From: Candidatus Obscuribacter sp.
GTDB taxonomy: Bacteria; Cyanobacteriota; Vampirovibrionia; Obscuribacterales; Obscuribacteraceae
Direction: 5' to 3'
NCBI GenBank assembly: GCA_016712465.1
Contig: JADJQZ010000001.1
Location: forward strand, 5,477,300 to 5,541,299
Length of the DNA stretch: 64,000 nucleotides
Shown here: piece after piece, positions 1 to 9,553 of the stretch
Layout: each line of letters starts with the position of its first letter
Position numbering within the stretch: position 1 is the first letter of the stretch
Position numbers and translations under genes: made by a program
Notes under the pieces: generated by a model
The model's input: only the letters and a program-made list of their open reading frames with translations
Told to the model about the DNA's origin: nothing
The model's database searches: none

Positions 1-2
1 AC

Positions 3-644
3 ATGATGCGCCGCCCGGCTGGAGTCGCATTCCCGGGCGCGGGCAGTAATCCCAATGCCCAGGGCGGGATGCAAGGCGCACCTCCGGCCGGCTCCTCGGC
101 TTTGCTCCAGAATCCGCCCGGCGCGGGCACTTCTCTGCAGGCCTTGAACATGGCCAACGCCCAGGCCGCCGCACAGAATTCCGTCGATCCCACCTGTACC
201 ATCGAAACCAGCAAGGGTCGCATTGTCATAAGACTATTTCAGCAGTACGCCCCAATAACCGTGAAAGCCTTTACCGAAATGGCTAATCACGGCTTCTACA
301 ACGGTCTCAATTTTCACCGGGTCGAGCCCGGCTTCGTCATTCAAGGCGGCTGCCCCAATGGGGACGGCACCGGCAACTACACACCTCCAGGGGCAAAAAT
401 GCCTCGCTTCTTGCCCCTGGAAGCATCACCTTTTCTCAAGCACAATGCCGCCGGAGTAGTGGCCATGGCCCGCCAACCGCAAAACGTCAACACCTCCAGT
501 TGCCAGTTTTATATAACCCTGGCGCCCCAGGTCAGCCTCGATCAGAAGTACACCGTATTTGGTGGCGTCCTGCAGGGCATGGAAGTAGTGCGCTCCATAG
601 CCAAAGGCGACCGCATCATCTCGGTTTCCGTCAGCCAGCCATAA
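3..644 (+). CDS. Cyclophilin-type peptidyl-prolyl cis-trans isomerase with Gly/Ala/Pro/Gln-rich N-terminal region; ORF is open to the window edge, so the 5' end may be truncated
   Basis: Translation carries cyclophilin signature blocks FHRVEPGFVIQGGCPNGDGTGN, SCQFYITL and TVFGGVLQGMEVV. Confidence 0.9.
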   Translation: MMRRPAGVAFPGAGSNPNAQGGMQGAPPAGSSALLQNPPGAGTSLQALNMANAQAAAQNSVDPTCTIETSKGRIVIRLFQQYAPITVKAFTEMANHGFYNGLNFHRVEPGFVIQGGCPNGDGTGNYTPPGAKMPRFLPLEASPFLKHNAAGVVAMARQPQNVNTSSCQFYITLAPQVSLDQKYTVFGGVLQGMEVVRSIAKGDRIISVSVSQP

Positions 645-665
645 GAAGCACGGCGTCCGTTTAAA

Positions 666-695
666 ATAGCTCCCATTGAAATAGCTCCCATTGAA
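666..695. repeat. Perfect tandem duplication of the 15-bp unit ATAGCTCCCATTGAA in the spacer between convergent genes
   Basis: Units at 666-680 and 681-695 are identical when read directly from the sequence. Confidence 0.9.
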
Positions 696-703
696 GGCGG
701 AAG

Positions 704-1834
704 CTAAATCGAATTCGGGTCGCTGTAAGGCGGCAGTTTTTCTTCAGGAGCCGGTACTCTGAGGGGACTGCGCCCGCCCGGAATCGGCACCGGCAGTGGT
801 GCCGAAGGTGCGGCTCCGCCGGGCTTTTTCAGAGTGCCAAAGGGAATGACCGTGCCGTCCGGGGAGATAGGAAAGGGCATTTCCTCCACCCCGTTGAAAT
901 TGCGCATCATGTCCATCATCTGACGGTTCATTTCATCAAACATTTCAGCCAGAGGGCGTGGCTGCCCGCCCGGCGTAAGACTGGGCATGGGCAGGGTTCT
1001 CTTATTGGAAAAGTAAAAACCGCCATTGCCGAACTTATCCTGAAAGGTACGAAACTGCGGCGGCTCTCCCGGCGCGGAATCGTCTCCCTCGGGAAAGGCC
1101 TCGTTATTGCCGGGCGACTTGGGCAGCGGCCCAAACTTGAAATTGCGCGGCACCGTCTGCCTGCCGGGGTTGATGCCGCCGTCCGAAGGAGCCACGCTCA
1201 CACCAAAGCCCGTTGTTTTCCTCAGCCTCTCGATGCGATCCACATAAGACATGGCCTGGGACGGCACCCCGAAAAGATGCTCCTCAAGGCGATTCAAGCG
1301 CTGGTCCAGGCTTTCTTTGGGATAAGTCTTTTGCAAGACTTTCCATTCCAGACCGGTGACCACCGGATAACTCTCGCCGCCGGCCTTCACTTCCGGACTG
1401 GCGGCCCGCTCTTTCATAACTTTCGCTGCCTGGCTGTCTCTTTCTTGCACAGCCTTCTTCAAGGCCGCCAGGCGCTGGCTCTCGCCACCGGCACGACTCT
1501 CTCCCAAAATGAGCAGCTCCAGTCGCTCCAACCGCTTTTCCAGCGGATCATGACCATATTGATGGAAGAAGAAGCGATTCTCCAGCACGCTCAACTCTTT
1601 GTCGCAAGCCGCCTGCGAAAGGGCGACGCTACCGCTCTCGCTGGGGGAAGGCTTGCCGGTGGGCTTCTCTACCGGGCTTGTGGCAGCGGCAGCAGAAACA
1701 AAAAGCATCGTCAGGGAAAGGCTAAGAGAAAGGGGAAGCACCAGAGAGTTCCGGCAAACCGCTCGCAAGTGCAAGAAAGCCCCTGCGGCATCTGATAAGT
1801 TCGCTTGACGCTGCTCCATAAATAAGATCCTCAC
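704..1834 (-). CDS. Hypothetical exported protein with a Pro/Gly-rich C-terminus
   Basis: 376-aa ORF. Hydrophobic N-terminal stretch LVLPLSLSLSLTMLFVSAAAA fits a signal peptide or anchor. Two internal L..LE..F....D.L..RL.RLE..LFG-like repeats. No family recognised. Confidence 0.55.
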   Translation of the reverse strand: MRILFMEQRQANLSDAAGAFLHLRAVCRNSLVLPLSLSLSLTMLFVSAAAATSPVEKPTGKPSPSESGSVALSQAACDKELSVLENRFFFHQYGHDPLEKRLERLELLILGESRAGGESQRLAALKKAVQERDSQAAKVMKERAASPEVKAGGESYPVVTGLEWKVLQKTYPKESLDQRLNRLEEHLFGVPSQAMSYVDRIERLRKTTGFGVSVAPSDGGINPGRQTVPRNFKFGPLPKSPGNNEAFPEGDDSAPGEPPQFRTFQDKFGNGGFYFSNKRTLPMPSLTPGGQPRPLAEMFDEMNRQMMDMMRNFNGVEEMPFPISPDGTVIPFGTLKKPGGAAPSAPLPVPIPGGRSPLRVPAPEEKLPPYSDPNSI

Positions 1835-1936
1835 CTCATCGTTGGAAGAGCATAGAACTAGAGATCTTCACTAATTCAGCATAACAGAATATCAAAAGCT
1901 CTTGCGCCGAACAAAAGATCTCGCCCTTCAGTCCAT

Positions 1937-1968
1937 AACAAGAAATCGCCCACCGAGAAGGTGAGCGA
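1937..1968 (-). terminator. Intrinsic terminator of dnaK
   Basis: 34 nt downstream of the dnaK stop. On the minus strand the RNA reads UCGCUCACC-UUCUC-GGUGGGCGA (9-bp stem with one G-U pair) followed by UUUCUUGUU. Confidence 0.6.
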
Positions 1969-2001
1969 CTTCTTTCAAGCTATGCAGTTTCCAGTGCGGA
2001 A

Positions 2002-3963
2002 TTAGTCTTCCGAAGCTCTGAACTCAGCGTCTACAACATCGTCGCCGGTGTTGGAGGAGGAGAATCCGCCTTCATAACCGCCGCCGCCGCCTTCGTAACC
2101 ACCGTTGCCACCTTCGTAGCCGCCGTTGTCACCGTAGGCATCGCCGCCTTCTTCGCCACCGCCGCGCTGGTAGGCAGCCTGTTGCAAGAGCACCAGGGCG
2201 CCGCGCAGTTCGTTCATGATCGTCTTGATGGTTTCGAGATCGGCTTCTTCCTTGAGCTTGGCCCGCAGGTCGGTAACCAGCATTTCGCAACGAGATTTTT
2301 CCCCGGCGGTAACTTTGTCGCCCAGCTCTTTGATCTGGCGCTCCACAGCGTATCCGATGGAATCGGCTTCGTTGCGTACATCGGCTTCTTCTTTGCGCTT
2401 GCGGTCGTCGCCGGCGTAATTTTCGGCTTCGCGAATAGCTTTTTCGATGTCGTCTTTGGACATGTTGGTAGAAGCAGTAATTGTGATTCTCTGCTCTTTA
2501 CCGGTGCTCTGGTCGCGGGCTGTGACGTTCATGATACCGTTGGCGTCGATATCGAAAGTCACTTCTACTTTAGGAATACCGCGAGTAGCCGGAGGAATAC
2601 CGTCTAAGCGGAAGTTTCCGAGAAGCTTGTTGTCGCGAGCCATGGGACGCTCACCCTGGAACACGTAAATGTCTACCGCTGTCTGGTTATCGGCAGCAGT
2701 GGAGAACACTTCGGTTTTGCGGGTGGGAATGGTTGTGTTTCTGTCTACCAGTTTGGTCATAACACCACCCATGGTTTCAATACCAAGGGAGAGAGGTGTC
2801 ACGTCGAGGAGCACAACGCCCTTAACTTCACCACCAAGCACGCCGGCCTGGATAGCTGCACCTACCGCCACCACCTCGTCGGGGTTAACGGTCTGGTTGG
2901 GCTCTTTGCCGCCGGTGACCTGCTTGACCAGCTCTTGTACAGCCGGTATACGGGTAGAACCACCCACCAACACAACTTCATCGAGGTTGTCGTAAGTCAG
3001 TTTGGCGTCTTTGAGGGACTGCTCCATGGGCTGACGGCAACGCTCAACCAGGTGTCTGGTCAGGTCGTTGAAGCGAGCACGAGAGATTTTCATCTCAAGG
3101 TGCTTGGGACCGGAAGCATCGGCAGTGATGAAGGGCAGAGAAATGTTGGTTTCAGTCACCGAGGAAAGCTCGATCTTGGCTTTCTCAGCCGCTTCGGTCA
3201 AACGCTGCAGAGCCTGCCTGTCTTTGCGCAGGTCGATGCCCTCAAGGTTTGTGAATTCATCGGCTACATGAGTAACGATGCAATGGTCGAAGTCGTCACC
3301 ACCAAGGTGTGTGTCGCCCGAGGTGGACTTAACTTCGAATACGCCGTCGCCCACTTCCAGAATGGATACGTCGAATGTACCGCCGCCCAGGTCGAATACT
3401 AGAATTGTCTCGTTGTCTTTCTTATCAAGACCGTAAGCAAGCGCCGCTGCTGTAGGCTCGTTGATAATACGCAGCACCTCAAGACCGGCGATGGTGCCGG
3501 CATTCTTGGTGGACTGACGCTGAGAGTCGTTGAAGTAAGCGGGAACCGTGATAACGGCTGAAGTGACTTTCTCGCCCAGGTACTTCTCGGCATCTTCCTT
3601 CAGCTTACGCAGGATCATGGCGGAGATTTCTTCGGGGGAATATTCTTTGCCCTGAATGGACACTTTGCAGCCGCCGTCGGAACCTTCTTTTACCTTATAA
3701 GAGACGATCTTCTTCTCAGAGTCGACTTCGGAGAATCTTCTTCCCACAAAGCGCTTGATGGAATAGACCGTGTTTTCAGGATTGAGAACGGCTTGACGTC
3801 GGGCTAACTGACCAACCAGGCGCTCGCCCGATTTGGTAAATGCCACTACAGAAGGAGTGGTTCGCCCACCTTCGGCATTGGATACCACTGTCGGTTGACC
3901 GCCTTCCATCACCGCAACGACGGAGTTGGTGGTTCCCAAATCAATGCCTACTGACTTACCCAT
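2002..3963 (-). CDS. dnaK: Molecular chaperone DnaK (Hsp70)
   Basis: 653-aa ORF with Hsp70 signatures [19 protein letters not shown] and [11 protein letters not shown]-terminal GGYEGG-type repeats. Confidence 0.98.
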   Translation of the reverse strand: MGKSVGIDLGTTNSVVAVMEGGQPTVVSNAEGGRTTPSVVAFTKSGERLVGQLARRQAVLNPENTVYSIKRFVGRRFSEVDSEKKIVSYKVKEGSDGGCKVSIQGKEYSPEEISAMILRKLKEDAEKYLGEKVTSAVITVPAYFNDSQRQSTKNAGTIAGLEVLRIINEPTAAALAYGLDKKDNETILVFDLGGGTFDVSILEVGDGVFEVKSTSGDTHLGGDDFDHCIVTHVADEFTNLEGIDLRKDRQALQRLTEAAEKAKIELSSVTETNISLPFITADASGPKHLEMKISRARFNDLTRHLVERCRQPMEQSLKDAKLTYDNLDEVVLVGGSTRIPAVQELVKQVTGGKEPNQTVNPDEVVAVGAAIQAGVLGGEVKGVVLLDVTPLSLGIETMGGVMTKLVDRNTTIPTRKTEVFSTAADNQTAVDIYVFQGERPMARDNKLLGNFRLDGIPPATRGIPKVEVTFDIDANGIMNVTARDQSTGKEQRITITASTNMSKDDIEKAIREAENYAGDDRKRKEEADVRNEADSIGYAVERQIKELGDKVTAGEKSRCEMLVTDLRAKLKEEADLETIKTIMNELRGALVLLQQAAYQRGGGEEGGDAYGDNGGYEGGNGGYEGGGGGYEGGFSSSNTGDDVVDAEFRASED

Positions 3964-4021
3964 ATTACTTTGAAACTCCCTTCGGACCTACTTTGAAAGC
4001 TAAGGCTGGAGACACCCACGA

Positions 4022-4049
4022 ATTATACTTGGGATAAGTTCCAGCTAAA
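4022..4049 (-). promoter_or_regulatory. Candidate sigma70-type promoter of dnaK
   Basis: Perfect TATAAT on the minus strand (plus 4022-4027), about 58 nt upstream of the dnaK ATG. Weak -35 TTTAGC (plus 4044-4049) with a 16-nt spacer. No CIRCE inverted repeat seen. Confidence 0.3.
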
Positions 4050-4398
4050 AACAAAATTTGGATATATTTGGATTGGCAACTTCTTGAAATTCGGGGATTG
4101 AGTTCCCCTGGCCTGCTTGAACCATCCACAATCCGGTCTTTTTCCATGATGCCAACCCGGTCGGGCTGAACATCCAAACTTATACAAAGATTCATAATTT
4201 TATCAGAGACCATTATTTCACCACTTGACGGCGACAACGGTTCTAAAGTGCAAAAATAGTAAAAATGCTTCCGCCCAAACCAAATTCAATTTCAATTTTT
4301 TCTTCCCTACAACCTCCCCAAGCACCTCCCCCGAGCAACTTTCCCAAGCACCTTTCCCGAAGAACTTTATTGACTACCTACCTAATACCCAGTTTTGT

Positions 4399-5916
4399 TC
4401 AGTCTATTCGCTTTGGTCTGGAACGCCCCAGTAAAGATCCGACAGTGAGGGAATCTTCAGGCAGACAGGCGGTTCCCAGGGAAACCATGAGGGGATAACC
4501 GCTCATGCCGCCGCTCAAGGGCGTGCTCTCCAGTAGTTCACTCAAACGGGCAGCCATGTTGCGAGCCAGATGACCCTCCGTCTCGGGCAAGAGCAGGGCA
4601 TAGCCGAAGGTCTCATAATGTGCGAGCACGTCGGTCTTGCGCTTGAAGCGACTGACCCGCTCGGCAAACTCTTTGATACCGGAGATGGGCAGAGGCTCGA
4701 TAATTTGGTTGACGGCCGTGGGTCTAATGGCAATCTCCATAAGGATCAGGGAGAAGGGGCGACTGAAACTCTCCCAGCGGGAGAATTCCCTCTCCAGCAT
4801 CCAGAGCAGGGTGGGATAGGTATACAAGCCTGTGTCTTGACGCATCAGCAAACGGTCTACAGCACGGCTCTGGCTCCAGTCGATACTGACGGCGTTGTCA
4901 TCGGCAGCCGAATCAGCCAGCCGGTCAACGAAGTTGACCATATTGCAAGTGGCGAAATTGAAGATAATCGGCACCCAGTCAAGTTTGGTCAAATTGAACC
5001 GGCGCAAAATGTCCGACAACCTGCTTTTGTTGTCAATCTGCTGATAGAGTTGCTTCTGCAAATTCATATCGCAGCCTGTGCCGTTTTCCAGCAGTTTTTC
5101 AAACTGACTCTCAGTCAAACTGTCGTGCACGCGAATCAAGAAACTGTTTTCCTTGATGCCTTTCTGGCGAATCGCCTTGTATTGATCGTCAAGGGCCGCC
5201 CCTTCCATGAGCAGGGTATCCAGCCGTTTGCGAATAGTGCGCTTCTCAGTTGCCGCCTCGGGATAAAAGCGAAACTCCCCTTCCTCCCAGCCCACCAGCT
5301 CGAGAATGGCTATGCCGCCGTCCAGGTTGCCAAGCTCGCAGTGCACCGGCAAACCGTCTACAAAAAAGACCACGGCATTTTCAGAGGGTGATTCCACTTC
5401 CAGACGACCGGTGCCCTTACTCATACCTATAGATTGCAAAACGTTGGGAATTTGCAGGTTCTTGAGATCACCTTCCAGGGTGGCCTTGGCCCGCATGCGC
5501 ATTGAGGTTGACTGTTGCTCGTAGTTGTCCCAGGCCGTCTGCAGTTCTCTCGTGCTGGAAGCCTGAAAAGTCGGCTGGCTGCGCAGAGCCACCGGCTTCA
5601 AATCAAAGCCGGGAAACTGAGCGGTGATCAACTGGTGAATGTAACCAGGGTCCATGCTTACCTGGTCCCAGACCAACATTGAGGTGCTTCCATCGCCCCG
5701 GTAAAGGGCCCAGTGCAGATCCCCTTTACCACGGTCTTTGAAAACCGCCAGGGAATAATCTTCGGGTGGATCCCCAAAAGGAAGCTGGGTGGTACGCCCC
5801 ACCGCCTTCAGGGATTCGCTGAGCATTGCCTGCAATTGCTTGAGAGTAGGCAAACCAGCCTGCTTCGGCAGCCGATTGAACCCTCTGTCTTCATTTCTAC
5901 GATTTCCAAGCATCAT
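4399..5916 (-). CDS. DUF4388 (PatA-N-like) domain protein with a degenerate C-terminal GGDEF-like domain
   Basis: Block GDLKNLQIPNVLQSIGMSKGTGRLEVES..VVFFVDGLPVHCE..ILELVGWEEGEFRF fits the DUF4388 pattern. The C-terminal ~150 aa follow the GGDEF-fold pattern, but the signature reads HYETFGY instead of R.GGDEF. Confidence 0.6.
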   Translation of the reverse strand: MMLGNRRNEDRGFNRLPKQAGLPTLKQLQAMLSESLKAVGRTTQLPFGDPPEDYSLAVFKDRGKGDLHWALYRGDGSTSMLVWDQVSMDPGYIHQLITAQFPGFDLKPVALRSQPTFQASSTRELQTAWDNYEQQSTSMRMRAKATLEGDLKNLQIPNVLQSIGMSKGTGRLEVESPSENAVVFFVDGLPVHCELGNLDGGIAILELVGWEEGEFRFYPEAATEKRTIRKRLDTLLMEGAALDDQYKAIRQKGIKENSFLIRVHDSLTESQFEKLLENGTGCDMNLQKQLYQQIDNKSRLSDILRRFNLTKLDWVPIIFNFATCNMVNFVDRLADSAADDNAVSIDWSQSRAVDRLLMRQDTGLYTYPTLLWMLEREFSRWESFSRPFSLILMEIAIRPTAVNQIIEPLPISGIKEFAERVSRFKRKTDVLAHYETFGYALLLPETEGHLARNMAARLSELLESTPLSGGMSGYPLMVSLGTACLPEDSLTVGSLLGRSRPKRID

Positions 5917-6086
5917 CAGGCAGTATTAAAGAGCGTATTTCGAACCGATAACCAACGGCAGCGTTGCAATAGACACAATGAAATGGCCTTGACCCCATTT
6001 TCACCAGAGTCAAATCCCGTCCTTACATCTTCTACCCGCCCGGCAGGCGAATTTAAATCATTCTCTCCAAAGGAAATTTTGCCGCC

Positions 6087-6824
6087 CTAACCCGGCAACA
6101 CTTCCCCTATGGCCAGAGCCCGCACATCCACGACGGAACCGGAGGTCTTAGCCAGCTTGACAAGATCGGAAGACTGATAGCGAAAGAAAACCTGCTCTTT
6201 CAAAGGCTGCCAGTGCATGGGCACAAGCCTTTCCGCCCGAATTTCCTCAGCCAGCTTGAGGGCTTCCGCCGGCGAAGCTGTGGCATATTTGCCGCCTATG
6301 GGCAAAAGAGCCGTGTGAATGCGCTTGCCCTTTAAGGCATGGGAGATGGTGGGGCTATATTTGGTTGCGCCGCCGTGATAGAAACCCTCGAAGTAATAGC
6401 CGTTCACCGGTTTACCCGGCGCCGAGCTTCTGGCAAACAAATGCATAATGGTCTTGCCAAGACGACTCAAGGGGCGGTGGGCTGGCACGGCGGTAATCTC
6501 TACACCATGGAAATTGACGGTTTCATGGTGAGAAATGGCAATTAATTTGTCGGCCGGTATCTTGTGACGATACTTTCTGTGCATCCACTGAATTAAGGGC
6601 TTGGGTCCGATAAAGGTGCAATTCCACCGGTCGTAAAGCTCTTTGGCCATGAGAACACCGTGGTCAAAATGCCCCACGCTGAACAAAACCAGGTCGCCCT
6701 TGGGAAGCCGGGAAATGTCTACCGGCGCCTGTATATAGGGATCCGTATAGATGCAAAGCCCACCGACTTCAATCTGAAAGGCACTGTGTCCCAGAAAGGT
6801 AAGATTCAAAACGCTCTTCTCCAC
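6087..6824 (-). CDS. Metal-dependent hydrolase, metallo-beta-lactamase fold (family-level call)
   Basis: 245-aa ORF. VGHFDHG motif and overall pattern of short MBL-fold hydrolases. Confidence 0.55.
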   Translation of the reverse strand: MEKSVLNLTFLGHSAFQIEVGGLCIYTDPYIQAPVDISRLPKGDLVLFSVGHFDHGVLMAKELYDRWNCTFIGPKPLIQWMHRKYRHKIPADKLIAISHHETVNFHGVEITAVPAHRPLSRLGKTIMHLFARSSAPGKPVNGYYFEGFYHGGATKYSPTISHALKGKRIHTALLPIGGKYATASPAEALKLAEEIRAERLVPMHWQPLKEQVFFRYQSSDLVKLAKTSGSVVDVRALAIGEVLPG

Positions 6825-6887
6825 CGCGGCGTCGGCTAGTACAATCGTGCCTATTAATTATCCACCTACTACACAGGTTCTATCACG

Positions 6888-8534
6888 ATGAAACGACCGG
6901 TAAGTTATCTTTCAGGTGTCCTGGCATTCACTTTACTTGTAGGACTCTCTGGCTTAACCAGTCCGACTGCCCTTCTAGAGCCTGCTCAAGCCAAGCCGGA
7001 GCCCAAGGAATGGGCCAAATACTTAAACCCGGTACCGCAGAAAAACTACACGCTCAACAAAAGCCAGGACCGTGAGATTAAGAAAAAAGGTTTTAAAACC
7101 CTTCAAATCACAGGCGCCCAGGCCGTCACCAACAAAGAAATTGGACTTTTCGCCCGCTTGAATCCATCCGACAGAGATAACAGCGAGCTTGTCAACAAGC
7201 TTCTGGAGAAGCCGGAAGTAAACGGTCTCTCCGCCAATTTCTCCTGGCGTGAACTGAACCCCGAAGATGACAAGTTTGAGTGGAAGAAACTGGATGACTT
7301 GCTTGCCCTGGTCGGCAAACATGACAAAACTCTGATCTTGAGAGTCACCACATGCGGCACCGAAGCAAAAACAGAATCGGATACCCCGGAATTCGTACTT
7401 AAAAAGGAAGTCAAGACCCTCGCCTACAAAGACGCCGCAGGAACCGAGCACAAGATGCCGATATTCTGGGACTCAACCTACTTGGCCGAATGGGGCAACT
7501 TCGTGCAAGAGTTCGGCAAGCGCTATGACAAAAATCCCAATCTCCACAGCGTCGGCATCACCGGCGGTGGCGTAGCCGGCGGCACCCTGGTTGTACCTGA
7601 ACTTTCCGAACCTCTCAACCAGGAAAATTACAAAGCCCTGGAAAAAACCCTCACCAAAGAGCACGGCATGAGCCAGCGCCAACTGGTTGAACACTGGAAA
7701 TACGTAGCCGATATCTTCCCCAAAGCCTTCCCCACGGCCCGACTCAATTTCGACATCAATCCCCCTACGCCCAACCGCGCCGGGCAGGACAGTCTCGATG
7801 AAATTTCCGATTACCTGATCTATCGCTACGGCCAGCGCGTTTACTTGACCCGCATGCATGTGAACGATGCCAAACACGGTTTCGATCAATACCGGGTTAT
7901 GCTCAAGTTCCGCCCCGACACCCTTACCGGCTTCCAGCTAACCGATAACCTGAAGGCGGAAGACCTGCCCAAAGTAGAGAAGAATGCCTTCGATGACGGC
8001 GCCAGTTTTGTGGAAGTACCTACTAAATTCTTCCTGGGCGATGCATCCAAGAACGAAACCGAACCGTCGGAAGCGGTGAAGACGGCCATGAAGAACTTGA
8101 GAGAACATCTGGGCTATCAAATTGTTTCCCAGAAAGTATCTCTGCCCGAGGGCATCAAAGCCGGCGACCCCATCAAAATGTCCTTCACCTTCGCCAATAT
8201 CGGCGCGGCAACAGCCATGCGCCCGGTGCGCAGCCTTGATAAAGACGTAGCCTCCAGCTACCGCCTGCAAATTGAAATGCGCGACGAAACCGGCAAAGCC
8301 AAAGGCTACTATTTGCACACCCCCACCATCCCCACAAATAAGTGGGTGCCGGGCAAGCCCATCACTTGGGAATGCGAACTGAAACCAACCAAGGGTCTCA
8401 AACCCGGAGAATACACGGTTTACGTTTCCCTTTTGGAGCCGGAGAGCAAACGCCGACTGAATATATTGAACGGTCTCAGCCAGGAGCCGAAGATGGAGAA
8501 CAACATCAGCGTCGGCAAGATCAAAGTGGAATAA
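6888..8534 (+). CDS. Secreted protein, possibly glycoside-hydrolase-like (GH42/DUF4832-type TIM barrel) with a C-terminal beta-sandwich
   Basis: 548-aa ORF. Signal peptide LSGVLAFTLLVGLSGLTSPTALLEPAQA. W.ELNPEDDKFEWKKLDDLL block resembles GH42/DUF4832 proteins. Function is tentative. Confidence 0.5.
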   Translation: MKRPVSYLSGVLAFTLLVGLSGLTSPTALLEPAQAKPEPKEWAKYLNPVPQKNYTLNKSQDREIKKKGFKTLQITGAQAVTNKEIGLFARLNPSDRDNSELVNKLLEKPEVNGLSANFSWRELNPEDDKFEWKKLDDLLALVGKHDKTLILRVTTCGTEAKTESDTPEFVLKKEVKTLAYKDAAGTEHKMPIFWDSTYLAEWGNFVQEFGKRYDKNPNLHSVGITGGGVAGGTLVVPELSEPLNQENYKALEKTLTKEHGMSQRQLVEHWKYVADIFPKAFPTARLNFDINPPTPNRAGQDSLDEISDYLIYRYGQRVYLTRMHVNDAKHGFDQYRVMLKFRPDTLTGFQLTDNLKAEDLPKVEKNAFDDGASFVEVPTKFFLGDASKNETEPSEAVKTAMKNLREHLGYQIVSQKVSLPEGIKAGDPIKMSFTFANIGAATAMRPVRSLDKDVASSYRLQIEMRDETGKAKGYYLHTPTIPTNKWVPGKPITWECELKPTKGLKPGEYTVYVSLLEPESKRRLNILNGLSQEPKMENNISVGKIKVE

Positions 8535-8664
8535 GGGTCCAAATCGCCCCTCCAGCCAAGATAGGCACCATACTTTTTGAACAGCCCTTGCTTACTTTTG
8601 GGGTAGTTCGCCAGCGCCCGCCCAACACCCCTTGGCAGCCTGCCGTGGGCATTCTACGAAGAAA

Positions 8665-8689
8665 ACCGCCGCCCAAACGGCTGTTTTTT
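8665..8689 (+). terminator. Weak intrinsic terminator after the 6888-8534 gene
   Basis: ACCGCCG-CCCAAA-CGGCUGU imperfect hairpin followed by a run of T. Confidence 0.35.
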
Positions 8690-8848
8690 CACAGGTCTGT
8701 AACAAATGATTGGTTATTCTTTATGGGCGTTGGCGACTCCGCTGCCCTTATAATGCATCCAGCTAGTCAAGCGATAACTGGTGACACTTCACCTCCGCAA
8801 AACGAAACTGAAGTTGCAGCCATCAGGCGGAGACTGGGGAGAAACAAA

Positions 8849-9499
8849 ATGATTCAGGATGCTAAATCGGCGAATTTCAATTCGGCAAATGCGAACACAG
8901 CAAATTCCACCACGGCAAATTCCCATACGGCACAGATCACCGAGGGTGGTGCTGCGCACGGATTTATCGCACCACCTCTGAGCGCAAGCATTTTTCAGCA
9001 AGAAGCTGCCAGACTGGCTCCCGGCACCCTGCGCAAAGAAGCGCGGGAAAGAGAAGCAGCCCTGGCCCGGGAAAAATCCAGAACCGTCTTGCTGGAAAAG
9101 TTGCAGGCTTTCGGACCGCTGCCGGAGCACATAGATCTGGCTCTGGAAGCGGTAATTTGGGAAATCACCGACAAGGCGCCCCGGGCCGAATATCTGGCCG
9201 AACTCTTGCTTTTGTTCCTGGCGGAAGAGAAAGTTGTTTTTGCACAGGTCTTAGGCATCCTCTTGAAGGATGCCGGTATCAAGGTCGGCTACTGGCGCGG
9301 CGAAGTGACTCTTTCTCGCTTCTGCCAGGAAAGCCAACTGGCTCTGGAAGTAAAGATCACATCCACATCAAGAGTAGTGATGAAGAGCGAATTCACCGAC
9401 CTGGCCCATAAGAGCGCCGACGGTAACTGCTGCTCCGTGGTCGACAACCTCACCTTCCTCAATCTCTGCGTGCATGTCTGGCAAGTCTTCGGTGCTTGA
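8849..9499 (+). CDS. Hypothetical protein with an Asn/Ala/Thr-rich N-terminus
   Basis: The track ORF 8342-9499 overlaps the upstream gene and the terminator. The in-frame ATG at 8849 has GGGGAG 7 nt upstream. An alternative ATG lies at 8723. Confidence 0.45.
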   Translation: MIQDAKSANFNSANANTANSTTANSHTAQITEGGAAHGFIAPPLSASIFQQEAARLAPGTLRKEAREREAALAREKSRTVLLEKLQAFGPLPEHIDLALEAVIWEITDKAPRAEYLAELLLLFLAEEKVVFAQVLGILLKDAGIKVGYWRGEVTLSRFCQESQLALEVKITSTSRVVMKSEFTDLAHKSADGNCCSVVDNLTFLNLCVHVWQVFGA

Positions 9500-9553
9500 G
9501 GCGGTTATTTCGAGCCAGTGCAATTCCCGGCGAACATCCGGCTTGCAGCGTAG

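Noticed and set aside
2182-3402. Several 100-155-aa ORFs antisense to dnaK
   Set aside because: They lie entirely inside a highly conserved gene on the opposite strand and have low-complexity, Arg/Ser/Val-rich translations. They are typical shadow ORFs. The same applies to the antisense ORFs within glgP (11526-14063), katG, the TPR gene (15567-16844), the ABC genes and the PLC fusion.
3964-4398. CIRCE (HrcA) operator or sigma32 promoter upstream of dnaK
   Set aside because: No TTAGCACTC-N9-GAGTGCTAA-like inverted repeat and no CTTGAA/CCCCATNT pair in the correct orientation were found. Only a sigma70-like -10 was seen. ORFs 3965-4237 and 4225-4498 in this spacer look non-coding.
8342-8848. 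Long N-terminal extension of ORF 8342-9499
   Set aside because: It overlaps the last 190 nt of the upstream gene in another frame and runs through the putative terminator at 8665-8689. Its translation is Arg/Gln/Pro-rich junk. A start at 8849, which has a Shine-Dalgarno-like GGGGAG upstream, is preferred.
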